From positions 4,117,175 to 4,180,524 of the forward strand of contig JBNZDD010013727.1 of NCBI GenBank assembly GCA_050575255.1: a DNA stretch of 63,350 nucleotides, read 5' to 3'. Under the pieces are notes generated by a model. It had not been told where the DNA came from. It did not search any database and worked only from the letters and a program-made list of their open reading frames with translations. The position numbers were made by a program, and so were the translations under genes. Below, one piece after another: positions 11,194 through 24,484 of this stretch. Every line of letters begins with the position of its first letter. Within the stretch, counting starts at the first letter, position 1. The stretch is from Harriotta raleighana (Eukaryota).

Positions 11194-11870
11194 CATAGGA
11201 ACATAGGAATATAGAGATAGGAGTAGGCCATTCAGCCCTTCGAACCTGCTCTGCCTCAATTAATCCTTTCAATTGCAATTTCCCACTTGCTCCGAATATC
11301 TGTTAATACCCTAACCAACCAAAAATCGATCAACCTACGCTTGAAGGTGTGGATGAATCTAGTACAGTAAAACCTTGTTTATCCGGCACGCTCGGTGGGG
11401 GGGGAGACGGGGACGGGACTAATTGACTCTGTTAGATAAACGGGAGACAAGTCACCGAAAACCCAATATAAAAAATTAACTTATTTTAAAATATACCATG
11501 TTATAATAGACTACATAGTAACAGAATATTTTGTGGATACTTACCAATAAAGCATTGCAGTACAGTCGGGAAAAATCGGTAAAACAGCATTTTTCACCGA
11601 TCGGTAAAAAACCCAAGCACGGAAGTTTACTAAGTGCATATGTGCACGCATTGCACGCATGCACAAAGTAAGCAAACTCACGATTCGGGAATGGGGAATT
11701 GCCCCGGGAGGGGATCGAACAATTGAATCGGGTTACGGTTGATCGGGGCACGGATGAACAAGGTTTTACTGTATCTATGACCTTTTGGGAGAGAGATTTC
11801 CAGATTTCTACCACACAGTTTGAGTGAAAAGATGCTTCTGGTTCTAATTTTAAGACTATGCTGTCTTGTT
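11194..11870 (-). mobile_element. CR1 LINE 3' fragment interrupted by MITE
   Basis: CATAGGAACATAGGAA tail, GGAGTAGGCCATTCAGCCCTTCGAACCTGCTC, resumes with TTTTGGGAGAGAGATTTCCAGATTTC. Confidence 0.8.
11365..11771. mobile_element. Tc1/mariner (Tigger-like) MITE, complete
   Basis: TA-CAGTAAAACCTTGTTTATCCG ... CGGATGAACAAGGTTTTACTG-TA: terminal inverted repeats and TA duplication. Confidence 0.9.
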
Positions 11871-11887
11871 TTGTCTATTTGTCTATA

Positions 11888-12940
11888 GGAGTCCTGTAGC
11901 TCAGTGGTTGGAGCACTCGCCTCACAAGCGAGAGACATGGGTTTGATTCCCGGCGGGATGAAAGTTTCCTTACTCCTCACACCTGATAATAATCCCTCAA
12001 AGAAAAAAACGTATAACAAATTGCTCACTTCAATCCACGACTGTTTGTGGGACACTTGTAAGAGTCAATTTATGTTTGTGACCCTGCAGTGAAGTAAGGA
12101 CTGATACAAATGTTGGACAATCAATATGCATGTTTATTAATTCAGGTTAGTAATAGCTATAAGTAATTAAAAGCGTTCATCGCAACAATGCTTACGTATC
12201 GATGCATAGTTCACAATGATTTAAGTTGACCAAACCAAATGTTGTGGGAGAGATAGAGTAGCAAGGTCCAATTTAATGTCCAGATTAACCAAATATAAGT
12301 CCACCAAACAGTATCGAAGTATTGTTGTATAATTTCCAGTTCAATTTCCAAATATCCAAATATTATTGTGCCGTTTCCAGTTTAATATCCAAGTACAACT
12401 GTACTTGTAAAGTTGCTCCACTCATATTCTTGATCTTCTCTTCTTCTGAAGCTGAAACATGGATTCGCGATTCCCAAGTTCCAATTTCTCCTCTTTCTTG
12501 AGTTCTCCTTTCTCTTCTGTTCTTCCTTGTATCGATCTCTCTTTATTCAGTTCATTAGGTGACCTTTCAGCCCTTGTCCTTTGTAAGATGGTTCCTCTGC
12601 AAAAACAAACGCAACACAGCTCCCTCTCCAGCTGCAGACCATATCTCCATGAGAAGCTCGCTGATATAAACTGAAAACACTTTGTTGTTTATACACAATC
12701 CCTTGTCTCCTCCACCAAGCTAGTCGCAGCCAAGTTCTATCAGGTGCAATTGGTTACATATGTCTCAAATCGCCAATATAATTTGAGATATTAATTAACA
12801 TTAATTACAGAATCCTACACACTGTTGGCATTTTGCCAACAAATATACAATCAATTTACTTTGCAGTATATTCCATGAAGCGCTTTGAAATGTCTAGAAG
12901 ATGTGAAAAGCACTATATTAAATGCAAGGATTATTATTAT
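11888..12940 (+). mobile_element. Young tRNA-derived SINE split by solo LTR
   Basis: Head to GGGACACT 11888-12056; resumes 12820 to AATGCAAGGATTATTATTAT. Confidence 0.88.
12057..12819 (-). mobile_element. Solo LTR (Gypsy- or ERV1-type), 763 bp
   Basis: TGTAAGA...TCCTACA termini (TG..CA, short inverted repeat), CACT 4-bp TSD (12053-12056, 12820-12823), minus-strand AATAAA at 12133-12138; cleanly interrupts a SINE. Confidence 0.8.
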
Positions 12941-13458
12941 GCTGTCATTATACTCTGGGGGTTGAAAGCGCTTGTCAGTAAAACCATATTAGGGTTAACA
13001 TATGGAAACAGTGCTTCATTCTGGAGAAAGCGCCTCAGGATGTGAAGTTGTTGTCCTTGAGGTAAACCACAATTTATTCCATGCCAACCCACAAAAGCTC
13101 AACTTCAGACTAAGCTCTTATATCCATGTTCTCATGAATCAGCATTAAGTACACAATGGTGTCAGTTGGAGAAACACTTCACTTTCCAGGGCACTTTTTT
13201 TCTGGCATGATGCTCCATGTGCAATGTAATTTTCCCAGCGAGCGATTTATTCTCAAATCATCTGTAACTTTACTTTTCTCTCTTTCTCTCTCTTATATAG
13301 TTTGGTGTGAAATCATTGGTGTGGTAAATATTAATATGCTCCATTCAGTGATTTTGCAAATTTATCCCACTGTACTTATAAATAACTGTAACCAATTTTA
13401 AACATACAATTTAATATTTATAATGAAATTTCTGTTAACATTACATCACAACAATGTA

Positions 13459-13877
13459 CAGTAAAAGCTTATTTATACGGCACCAGAACCAACCAACCAG
13501 AATGCTCAACCAACGGGTATCTCCCAATACAATTCACCATTCCAGCAAACGGATCTCATACCGGAGCCATCTGGGACACTCGCGAGTATGCTCACTTTGC
13601 ACATGTGTGCAATGCATGCGCGTGCACACTTATTAAACTTAATGAATGCAGACATTTTTATTTTACCAATCGTTTTACCGAGTGTGTTAGAATGCTTTAT
13701 TGGTAAGTATCCATACAATATTCTGGTTATTATTTAGTCTATTATTAATATGGTATGTTTTAAAATAAGTTAATTGTTTGTGTAGGATTTTCGGCAACTT
13801 GCACACGAAGATCCAGCATATTTGATTAAACGGCACTGGTCAGGTCCCGAGGGTAACGGATAACCAAGCTATTACTA
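13459..13877. mobile_element. Tigger-like MITE (opposite orientation to 11365)
   Basis: TA-CAGTAAAAGCTTATTTAT...GGATAACCAAGCTATTACT; shared internal ATTGGTAAGTATCCATAC block. Confidence 0.8.
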
Positions 13878-15094
13878 TATTTGGATAAAGCGAGAAATTC
13901 ACAAAACCTATCGAATGAATCAGAATACAACAGAATTTTCCCTACAGCAATAAATTTGTCACTTGAAGTGCACAGACTGGAATAACTACCAATGCATCTT
14001 TTTAGCTTTCATTTTTTGGATTCCCTTACTTGTCTGTCTGCGTTTTTTTTTCAGCCTGTCACCCTCCCCATTTGCAAGATCTGCAGGATTTTCAAGGCTG
14101 TTCATTGTTACATTTTTTATGTATCCATCTGGTCTTTGTTTTCTTAGACCAATTTAGAGCCATTAGTCCTGCTTTCCTCCTGACAACTGTTCTCTTTCAC
14201 AGCCTCATCTTCTTCACAGGACTCAAGGTCTTCACTTCTCTCAGATCATTTTAAATTCTTAGAATCACAATTTGAACCATAAACCATAGGGCAAAACTAG
14301 GTCAAGTGAAGGTGTGGTGAATATTACACTTGTATTAGAATATGCATACAGGGTGCACATTCCTCCTGCATTTTTATAAGCAATAGAACATTTTAAATAT
14401 TTACATAAACAATGCAGACTGCATGAATATTGATGGACAAGAGCAAACATCACATACAATTCCTTAGATACTCCATCAAATACTTTTATATACCTGAAGT
14501 TAAAAGTTGGATGAAGCACATCTTAAAAGTGGATAGCAAAGAAGAGCAGGATAGTTGAACACAATGGAGAAATTATCCACCTCCACTTGTTTTGTAGTCA
14601 ACAGATCAAATTTGAACTTTTTCTACACAGCTTGAAACATGACAACAGAATTAATTAATACAGTAGGATGCTGTGTGCTTTAAAATTGTCATGATTGTCA
14701 TGCACACTGCGGATATGTACCTACCAAACAAAACAAGGTCTTACTTCCATTGTGTAAGGTGAATTATTTTATCACACATTCTCCATGTTACATGTCTGCT
14801 AAAATATATTTACTTTGGGTTGCAAAAAATGCAATTGTTTGAACTAAACACTGAGATACACCACGTGGGAAGGGCACTGTGTAAATGCAATTGTTGCTGT
14901 TGACAATTATCATCATTGATAATTATGCCAAAAATTGTCCAAGCCATTTAGGTGGATTTGATCCCAATTATTTGGCCAATAATAGTTATCATATGATACA
15001 TTGCATTTGTCACCACAATGCTATGTTTCCCAGAACAAATACTTGTGAGGTTAAACAATTGATTGTTCTATGCATTATGCGGCGTTTAAATTTA

Positions 15095-15572
15095 CAGTAA
15101 AAGCCCATTTATCCGGCACCCTCGGAACCTGGCCAATGTCGGTTAAATGGCATGCTGGATATTCGGTCGAATATCCGAAGACCCAACATAATTTTTTTTT
15201 AACACATACCATATTAATAATAGACTAAATAATAACAGATAATAACAGACCTTTGTTATTCACCTAAAAATTCACCTAAAAATCACCTTTGCTGGTAGAT
15301 GCCTGGTTTGAAGCCATAATGTCGGGGTACAAGTGTGCAGTCTATCGATAACTCCTACAATGGCAAACGCGACGCGAGGAAAAAAATGGCAGCGCCATTT
15401 TAAGCCACTACTTGCAGCATTCTGAAATACTGACATAAGGGGGAAAAAAATGTGCCACCGCGATTCTGCCACATAAGATCCAGTTATTCGAATGGGGACC
15501 TTTTTTTGAGGAGCCGGTTATACGGAAGTTATGTATATGGATAATGGATCGTGGATAAATGGGCTTTTCCTG
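15095..15572. mobile_element. Tigger-like MITE
   Basis: TA-CAGTAAAAGCCCATTTATCC ... GGATAAATGGGCTTTTCCTG. Confidence 0.85.
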
Positions 15573-17914
15573 TTTGGAGAGATTTGTGACAGTTAAAAAT
15601 TCACATGGGCTCCTTTTTTAATATTTCAGTTTGAATTGCATCAGTAAATGGAATCCAGATACTACTCGGATTCCGATAAGATGGGGGTTTACTGTAATAT
15701 ATTGCATGTTTAATAGCTCATTCTAAAGTTTAATTGACAACTCTATATGTGATGAGAACGGTTATTATATCCTTGCAGTTTGCAACCTCTGCTTTAAACT
15801 CAAACCTGAAAGCAGCTTGCTTCTAGAATAGAATTTTGTCTCCAGCAATAAACAGCGGTCAAACCTGTGGAGAAATTGTTCAAATTAAAAAATTCTAACT
15901 TAGTCCCAGTGGAATCCCTTTCAGGTTCACATGTATTGCCTCCTTCTTCAGCTGTTTTCTAAGCAATGAAGAATGGAATCAACATGTCACCAACCATCAT
16001 TCAGCACATGTTCCTAACATACTGATTGCTAAAACTTACGTCCTTCGAGTTTTTTGCATGCTGTCATGAGCTTTTAAAACTGCCCAGGTTTTATTAGTTT
16101 ATAATGTGACACTTATCCCTGAATCATATTATAAAAGTGTACTTTGTTGAGTGATTGTAGTTTGCCCTTGATATTTTGCCAACCTTTAATACATCTGGCA
16201 CATTATAGGCCTCGTAGTGACCAGATATTGTGATTAACCACAGTTAAATCCCCACATATACTACAAGAGGACATTAGAGATTTGGGGTTCAGATGCTCTA
16301 CTGATTGGTTATTAAACAATGGCTTGCAAAATGAGTGGAATATTGTCCCATCCAGTAGAAATATAGACAGCAATGTTTGCCTTCACATTAATAATATTTC
16401 ATAATGATTACAATAAAATATAACTTAAACTAAAATTCTAAAGTTGGTGTTTCAAATATCAAAGGAAATTGCACAGGATATTATCTGTTGGCACATTTAA
16501 GGTTATTGTCTTGAAGATTGGCAGTACGCTGGTGAACTGTCCGTTCTGCTGCAATCAGCACATCTTTCTTAATAGGCTACTGTAGGAAGACGATGGGTGC
16601 ATAAGAGACAGAACACATTTTCTATAAAAAGGTGATCTAATTTCTGAGGGAGACAAGTTAGTATCCGAAAATTGTAATGAGCACAGAGCAGAATTTAAAT
16701 GGACCCATCAAACCAGATTGATCATTTATGCTGGAACTGAAATACCCACATAATGTTCCCAGCTCTTCTGAATGCAGTTCGTTTAAGTGGAGCACAGTTT
16801 TCTGAGTGCACATGGAGATGCTTCCAGTGCTACCAAGACTAAAATCTCCCAAACAATCTGAAAAAGTATTTTAAAACGTAACAACATTTGGCATTCCTGA
16901 CAAAATGTTTAAAGCAGTTGGTAAATGGACAGTCTTGACAGTGAAATAATACATGCAAAGAAATCGGAAACATTGAGGAAAGAACACTAAAATCAACAAT
17001 TTACAGTCCCATTGAATTTTGTTGGATAAAATCCTTTGGGATGAAAGGAATAGCAACCCATAAATCTTTGCTGAATTTTCAGTATTTCCAACAGTGCAGC
17101 TTCAGGGATTTTATTTAATTGAGAAGTATCCTCATTTGTTCAATACTGTTAACTATTATTGCATGTAGGAAATAGCCTGGTTTTCTCAAAGAATATAGCT
17201 AAAGTCTAACCAACTTTAAATCTTGTTTAAGAATGGGAAAAAACTATTTGTGACAATGCTCAGTCACAACGTAACTTGTCAAACTGCTGCTACACATATT
17301 TCTGAAGTCCCTAAAGGTGAAAGTCTAACTCGAGTACCTTATCATCTGCTATCTTTATAGATACAAATGCTATAAAAAGAAATTACTGTAAAGTGTCTAA
17401 TTTTTTGTGCATGGCATTTGCATGATTTAACATTTACACATATTAAAAATGAATCCCTCCAGTCTTTTCACAACTTATGAACATCTGAATAAAAATTTCA
17501 CTGTTTTTAGGTTTAGCCTTCAGCGGAGAGCATTAATGAATCTAGGAAACCTTTCACACTCATATAATATTTAAAGAGCATTATTCCCTAAAAAAATGAT
17601 ATGGCATGAATCCAATCTTTTAAACCAAATGAAAAATATGATCTGGGTGCTTTCCGATTAGGGCATAGCATCCTCTAATAAACAAACATATATATTACCA
17701 TATTAAAAATTAGCCAGCATACATATTGACTTTTCAAATTGCATTCACATGCAGCATAAGAGTTTTTCACCCTTTTCCATCCCCATGAGATGTGCTTCCA
17801 ATTACATGTTTCTATATAATTAATATGAAATCTATTTTTCTTTAATATGTTAATAACAAAGATAGTGCTGAGTAAATAGCACAGTTGTGCCATTCATGTA
17901 ACTCTGGTCAGGCC

Positions 17915-18540
17915 ACAACTATAGTACTGAAGAGGCCCTTCAGCCCATTTGATCTGATCCATCTGGAACACACAATACAGTAAAACGATGTTTATCCGGC
18001 ACCATCGATGGGGGGGGGGGTCGACTAATTGACTGTGCGGGATAAATGGGCGGCAAGTTGCTGAAAACCCAACATAAAAAAAACTTATTTTAAAACATAC
18101 CATGTTAATAATAGACTAAATTGCAACAGAATATTGTATAGATACTTACCAATAAAGCATTCCAGCACATTCGGTAAAAAGATCGGTAAAAAAGTATTTG
18201 GTTAAAAACCCAAGTTCGTAAGTTTAATAAGTGTGCATGTGCACGCATTGCACACATGCACAAAGTGAGCAAACTTGCGATTGCTGGAATGGGGAATTGC
18301 CCCGGGAGGGGGTCGACCAATCTGGTGGATCGGGTCACGGATAAACGGGGTTTTACTGTATTCAGTTTTCCCATCACAGAATTAAGCTGATATTTAAATG
18401 AGTCAATGTTCCTGGGCTCAACCACCTTCCCAGGTAAACTGATCTGGTGGTTTGTTATCCTTTGAGTAAAAAAAATCTTGCTACTATCTGTTCTAAAATT
18501 GCCCTTTGCAACTCTAATTCTATGCCCTCTTCTACTGCAG
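17915..18540 (-). mobile_element. Old CR1-like fragment interrupted by MITE
   Basis: GAAGAGGCCCTTCAGCCCAT 3' motif; resumes with CTCAACCACCTTCCCAGGTAA. Confidence 0.55.
17978..18358. mobile_element. Tigger-like MITE, complete
   Basis: TA-CAGTAAAACGATGTTTATCCG ... CGGATAAACGGGGTTTTACTG-TA; colinear with 11365-11771. Confidence 0.9.
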
Positions 18541-19729
18541 TAATAGTCTTGAACTTTGTAAACTTCTTGAAAGGCTTGTGAGGCAACAATGAGAAATCCA
18601 TATAGCAGTCACCTAGACTAAATGTCCTGGGATAAATTTAAACTAATAATTAAATTCTGTTGATTTGTTAATCAAAAAATAGAGAGAATTGCCATCCATG
18701 AAGATACAGAAAATCTATGCTATATCAAAATTTTATTTGCCCAATGTCTGAGAAAAATAATGAAGGATTTGATATACATTTTTATAATTTTCACAATATG
18801 GATTGGAAGCGCTTATTACAACTTTGAGTTTTCAAGTATTGGGGCCGATTGATTTGCATTATTGTTAAAATACACTAGATACTTATGATTTTAGAATGGT
18901 GTCAGAATGGGGAATGGCTTGAAAGCAAAATGACTTGTTTGTTGTTTGTTCATTGGCTCTTTTGTACTTTGGTAAACTTTGGTATTAGCATTTAGTTGTT
19001 TCAAATTTTGCAAATCAAACTCACTAATTTCACTTTCGAACTGATGACCGTGAAACACGTACAAAATGAATGGATCAGCAAACATGATTATTGAGCATTA
19101 ATTAAAAATTTGCAGTCCATATGATTTTTTTATGAGAAGAGTAATCAAATTCTGGGGTTCATTTCTGATTACCTGGCAGATAAACAATATAATTTTTTCA
19201 TCAGCCCAACAGGCATTTTTGCAAGGATTATTATTATTATTATATGTAAAGGAAGACAGAACCTACTAAAGCACTTTCACACTCCGCATTATATTTCCTT
19301 CATCGATTTGTCTGAAATTGCATTCGATCTGAACACTAAATGCATTACAGCTTGCTGCTGCGCACTGATTTAGCCTGATTAAACTAGTCAGTTTCACCTC
19401 TACCACCAGTCAAACCTATTTCAACAGAGCTTTCTAAATGTTATCAGCATAATGACCCTAGTAAGCCCCCTTCACCCCTGTGTATTATTATATTCGCATG
19501 TGTAAACTGCAAAGGTCACACTCAGTGGTGGAAGAAATCTCTTATTGATAGCCAATTATAATTAGGATTGCATTGGAAAATTTCTACGGAACCAGCATTG
19601 CCCCCTGTGCTGCTGTAGGGAAGACCATGGATCTGTTTGGTCTTCATTGATGATGATTGAAAGCATTGAATGTCAAGTTGCATGTGCTGTAGTCTTTTCT
19701 TTTTTTTAGTAGATATAGCCTATTTTGAT

Positions 19730-20097
19730 CATCCTTTCATCCCTCTTTTCTTGAAGGTGATTCAACCTCAAGTACCGATCTAAACACACACCCCAATGGC
19801 CACTTTTCATACGTAAGCTCAGATAATGAATATTATCTGTGGGGATGGGGGAGGAGGCATCATAGCTCTTATTGATCCTGTTCCTAACAATATGTAAAAC
19901 GTACCATGGGAATCACTGCGCAGCGATCAGAAATAGGAACCCACTGATTTCCCCTTTCTATCCCAGGTTATTGAAGCTAATTTGCAGCACCCCCACTGCT
20001 TCATTGACCGAGATCAACTAGCTGCTCAGAGCACAGTTCAAAGCTTGAAGTGACCTGCTCAGCATGTCTAAAAGCCCTTTGAACCAATGGTGAGCTC
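19730..20097 (-). mobile_element. AmnSINE2-like ancient SINE
   Basis: Minus strand GATCTCGGTC..GCAGTGGGGGTGCTGCAAATTAGC..GGGGAAATCAG..GGGTTCCTATTTCTGATCGCT..CAGGATC..TGAAAAGTGGCCA..CCTTCAAGAAAAGAGGG follows the block order of the AmnSINE2 consensus as I recall it. Confidence 0.65.
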
Positions 20098-22181
20098 TTC
20101 AATTGTTATCCTGATAAAATAATTTATCTATTACATTTATTTCATATTCCTCATCACAGGATATAAAAGCTTTGGTGGGGGTCTACTTTAGAATTTCAGT
20201 AGGGACATTCCTCTGGTTTCATTTACTCAGGTACTTTATAAGAAATGATGGACTGAATGTTTGGCATTTTCTACTTCAGTAATTATTTTTCTAAGCTACA
20301 CCAAATCTGTCATTGTATGCAAATATATATCTAATGAATTGATTTAATTAATAAATGTTATGAGATGTTCACAATCATTCAAATTAGCTTTAAAAATTAT
20401 CTACTCATCGGAAGGCATTAATCTCTGAATGAAATTATTGTTTTCATAAAGTATGCTTTCAAAGCAAATGATGATTATTTTTTCTATTTCCTCACAAGAT
20501 AAAACAGCAATTGATTTGAGGTGCAGCTGCCAAATTATAGCATTAGCACATTTAAAATAGAGCATTCAAAGCACATAAGGAGATTTATTTGATGTGTACC
20601 AAAAAAGGATTTAAAATATAGATATTATAAATTCTCATTTAGTGACGTCATCTTTAAGATAAGTCTGTATCCTTAATTTTGGTCCACAATGTGCATTTAA
20701 CCATAAATTATCATTTAATTCTCTAACCTTGCAATGTGACTGTGGATGAGTGCTGCAATTCACATGCACTACAGCTGGCAAGGTATTATCCAAATCCCAG
20801 GAGTACTCCACTGAATTGATGAAATGACCTGGAAGGCCTAATTAAAACTGTTCAGTTCAAATATATTGATGTATTACATCTATTATGCCGTGGTTCAATA
20901 GGTCTGCCCTGTGAGCTCTACCACAGCCTGTAAAGCAAACTAAACAGAGTGAATAAATAATGCTGAAAGCAAAAAAAATACCAGTAAAGCCAAAGTATCT
21001 TAAAAATCGTGACAAGGGGACCCACATACCAACCATTGAAAAATGCTGGATCTGTTCACTGACATTCTGTTTCATATAACACTGTCCAGTAACTGGTAGC
21101 TAGCTACAGATATTTTCATTTTTTTTTAGTCATACAGCCAATCCAAATCAAATTTCTTGATAATGTGCTCTATCAGGTAAAATGCTAATATATACTTAGT
21201 TCTATTAATCTTACTCATTCATTGTGTGTTTTGAATTATAAATGGACACTGCAAGATTATATTTTTAAAGCTGCAATGTTTCTTCTTGAAGGGCTACCAA
21301 GCGCTGGTTCAATACCTGTAAAAAAAATTCAATTTGACACTAAATCTTCATTGATATGTCCCAGATTTTTACAAAGTTTCTTTCAAGTATTTGAAAATAT
21401 CATTCTAAGTACTTTGAAAAATGCCACAGAAACCCAATAACGCAATGGCAACCTTTCTATCACCAGGAGATATGAATGTCTTAAATTAAAAGGAGATGAG
21501 CCACATTTAGTGAGGTTAAAGTGTGTCATTCTCAATGCTGTGGGAATTGGACACTGCAGGTCAGCAAAAAGGCACTTTGCAGCTTTAAATGTTTGAGACA
21601 TCTCTTATGATCCATTGTGAATGATAGAAGCATCTAATCTAATCTGTTTACAGCTATAAATGACACCTGCAGTCACTCTTGGCAGACAGGAGATATTAAG
21701 AACTTATTTCCAGACTTCGTATCATTTCTCAGTGGCTGACATCACAGGGACAGAGTTCCAATTCAGCTTGAAATAAGATGTTCATTTGTGTGGGAGCAAT
21801 ATAACATTTTCCTGATGTATTGGCCGCTGAAGGCTTTGATATAATATATCAATTGTCTGGTCCAGGGCTAGATTATAAAAAAAACTGATTGAAGTTTGTG
21901 GTTTGTCTTCCTCCAAGTGTTTGTGCATTTGAGACAGAAAGAAAGTTAAAAAGCAGGAGAGGATTTTGTTTTTTGTTGGTGCTTATCACATCAAGAAGTC
22001 TCAAAATTGCTTCAGGTTAATTACTTTCAAGTGTAGTAACTGTTATTTATAGGCAATCATAGCAGACATCCACTTAGATTGTTATGTTGGACACTGTGAA
22101 TAACACTTTTCAAAGAGTGTGATGAGATTTGTAATGTTCACCTGAGGAACGGCAGATGGGATCTCATTATAGTTATTATTC

Positions 22182-22578
22182 GGTATCTGCTTGACACAGA
22201 GGTAGCACTTTCATTTATGAGTTAAATGGTTATGGGTTCAAGCCCCACGTTGGGACTTGGAATCACATTGCCTTAATCTGACATTCCATTACAATGTTGG
22301 GGTGTGTTGCATTGTCAGAGGTGCGGTTGTTCGGGTGGTACTTTAAACTGCCTGTTTAGGTGGACGTAAAAGATACTATGGCACTATTCAAAAAGGGAAA
22401 GGACTGTCCTAGCCAACAAATCCTCCAAATAAAATTGGTCACTCACTCCATGGTAGTGATCTTTGGCGTATATTGCCCACAAAAATACATATTCAGTCCA
22501 CTGTACGGTAAATCCTGTGAAGCACTTGAGACCTATCAAATACATGATAAGGCTCTGTGTAAATGCAAGGATTAGTAC
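22182..22578 (+). mobile_element. Full-length old DeuSINE (SacSINE1/EshSINE1-like)
   Basis: tRNA head, TGCATTGTCAGAGGTGC, AGGTGGACGTAAAAGATACTATGGCACTATT Deu blocks, L2-type tail TAAATGCAAGGATT. Confidence 0.8.
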
Positions 22579-23366
22579 TATTTATTGTTAATATCCAAAA
22601 GACAATCAACAGAGACAGCAATAGTAAAAAAAAATGCATTTTGAATTTAGCAAATAAAATCAGATTATATTGACTTAAACACAAATATAGCTGAGTTTGT
22701 AAGACATGGAAAACACCTTGTTTGATAAATATTTGATATAAAGCCTAGACTGGTGTCCTGATGGCAATTAAGCCTTTTAAGTTCTCAGCAAACATTTAAT
22801 CTGTGTCCACCTTCTGTAAGCTTTGCTGAGAATTAAAAAGGGCATACGTTCTCAGGGTGCATTTGAAAATTCAAGTGTCCATGAGGAAACTTTTGTTAAG
22901 GTGCTGCACTACCAGCAGATTTGCCAAACAAGGTTCGTTTTGAAAATATCTGGCACTCACCTGTCCCATGAAAATTGTTATCTGCAATACATACAGAGCA
23001 CAGAAAATTAATAAATCCCTGTGAAAACAATAAACTCACTTTCATTGAACTTCATGTAACTTTTATTTGGATACTTTTCCTGAGTCAGTGGCAGTCACTG
23101 AATACAGTCACTCTCTTTCCTAAACTGTAATCAATATTTCTTTCATAATTTTTGGTAACAAAAAGAAGCATTCAAAAAAGGTCAAAGCATCACAATTGTT
23201 CTTTGATATGAGATGTAAAAATCACTGATTCTCCCTGGTACAGTGTGATTAACAGTACTCATGGAAAATAATATGTTCATCTTTAAAAAAAAAATTACAT
23301 ATTAAAACAGATGTATAAAATGTGTTTTAAGAAACAGTAATGTGGAATTAAATACAGAAATCAAAT

Positions 23367-23695
23367 GGAATCCTGTAGTGCATTGGTTAGAGCACTTGCC
23401 TCGCAAGTGAGAGGAACGGGTTTGATTTCCGGGCAGATTGATACATTAGGTAATTTTTCCTCCTCCACACACCAGTTTATTTAGCAGTAACAACCCAGTT
23501 GTTAGCCCATTGGTGGATCACTTTTCTGGGGGTAATAATCCCTTCAAAATATATATATAATTTGGTTATTCAATCCACCACTGTTTGGGGACATTGCTGT
23601 GCACAATTGGCCTACGTGTTTCCCCTACAAAATATACAGTCAATTCATTTTATTGTATACTCTGTGAAGTACCTTTGAGACGTCTCAATGATGTT
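23367..23695 (+). mobile_element. SINE, variant subfamily
   Basis: GGAATCCTGTAG head, TTAGCAGTAACAACCCAGTTGTTAG block, Deu core; tail cut by a CR1 fragment. Confidence 0.82.
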
Positions 23696-24059
23696 ATACA
23701 GGAAGAGGCCATTCAGCCCATTAAATTTGCTGTATCAGTGCATATGATTTTAGCCAGTAGTTTAATCCCAATGATTCCCTCATTCATTATACTCCATAAT
23801 AAATCTAATACCCTGGGATTTGCTTCTCTTTCATTTAAACATGCCTTTTGATTCCATCTCTTTAGCTTTCTGGGGCAGAACACTCCTTATTTTCACAAAC
23901 CTTTTTGTTTTAAAATGTGGGTTGTGTGTCCTACCTCTAACCTGCCTAGCCCCACTCTCCTGATTCCAACCACCTGCTTGGGTCCAAATCCCTTGGGACG
24001 TCATCTCACTTTACATGTTATTATCAATAATAATTATTAATATGATTCTCTAACCTGTT

Positions 24060-24165
24060 TACCACTAGTGTATTATTATTACTGATATTATCATATATTG
24101 TTATTATTAATGATGATACTATTATTATTTAAATTATTATTATTATAATAATTATTATTAATAAT
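24060..24165. repeat. Degenerate (ATT)n microsatellite
   Basis: Runs of ATT/AAT units. Confidence 0.7.
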
Positions 24166-24456
24166 GGAGTCTTGTAGCTCAGTGGTTAAAGCCCTCGCCT
24201 TGCAAGTAAGAGACTTGGGTTTGATTCCCATCAGGTCAAGGAGAAACCATGGACAGGTTTCCTTACTTCACAGATCTGATATTAATCCCTCAAAAACAAA
24301 ATTGGTCATTTCAGTTTGTGGGACACTTCTGTGCAATTGTTTACCACGTTTCACCCACAAATATACAGTCAGTTCAATTTACAGTATATTCTGTGGAGCT
24401 CTTTGAGACGTCTAGAAGACATGAAAAGCGCTATATCAAATGCAAGGATTATTATT
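24166..24456 (+). mobile_element. Young tRNA-derived SINE
   Basis: GGAGTCTTGTAGCTCAGTGG head to AAAAGCGCTATATCAAATGCAAGGATTATTATT. Confidence 0.9.
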
Positions 24457-24484
24457 TTTGGTGTTGTTGTCATTCCCTGACCTC

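Noticed and set aside
13990-14250. Minus-strand coding-like stretch (SERSEDLESCEEDEAV..., MNSLENPADLANGEGDRLKKKRRQT then GTAAGG)
   Set aside because: In-frame stops, no recognisable homology and no partner exon; purine-rich composition can mimic this
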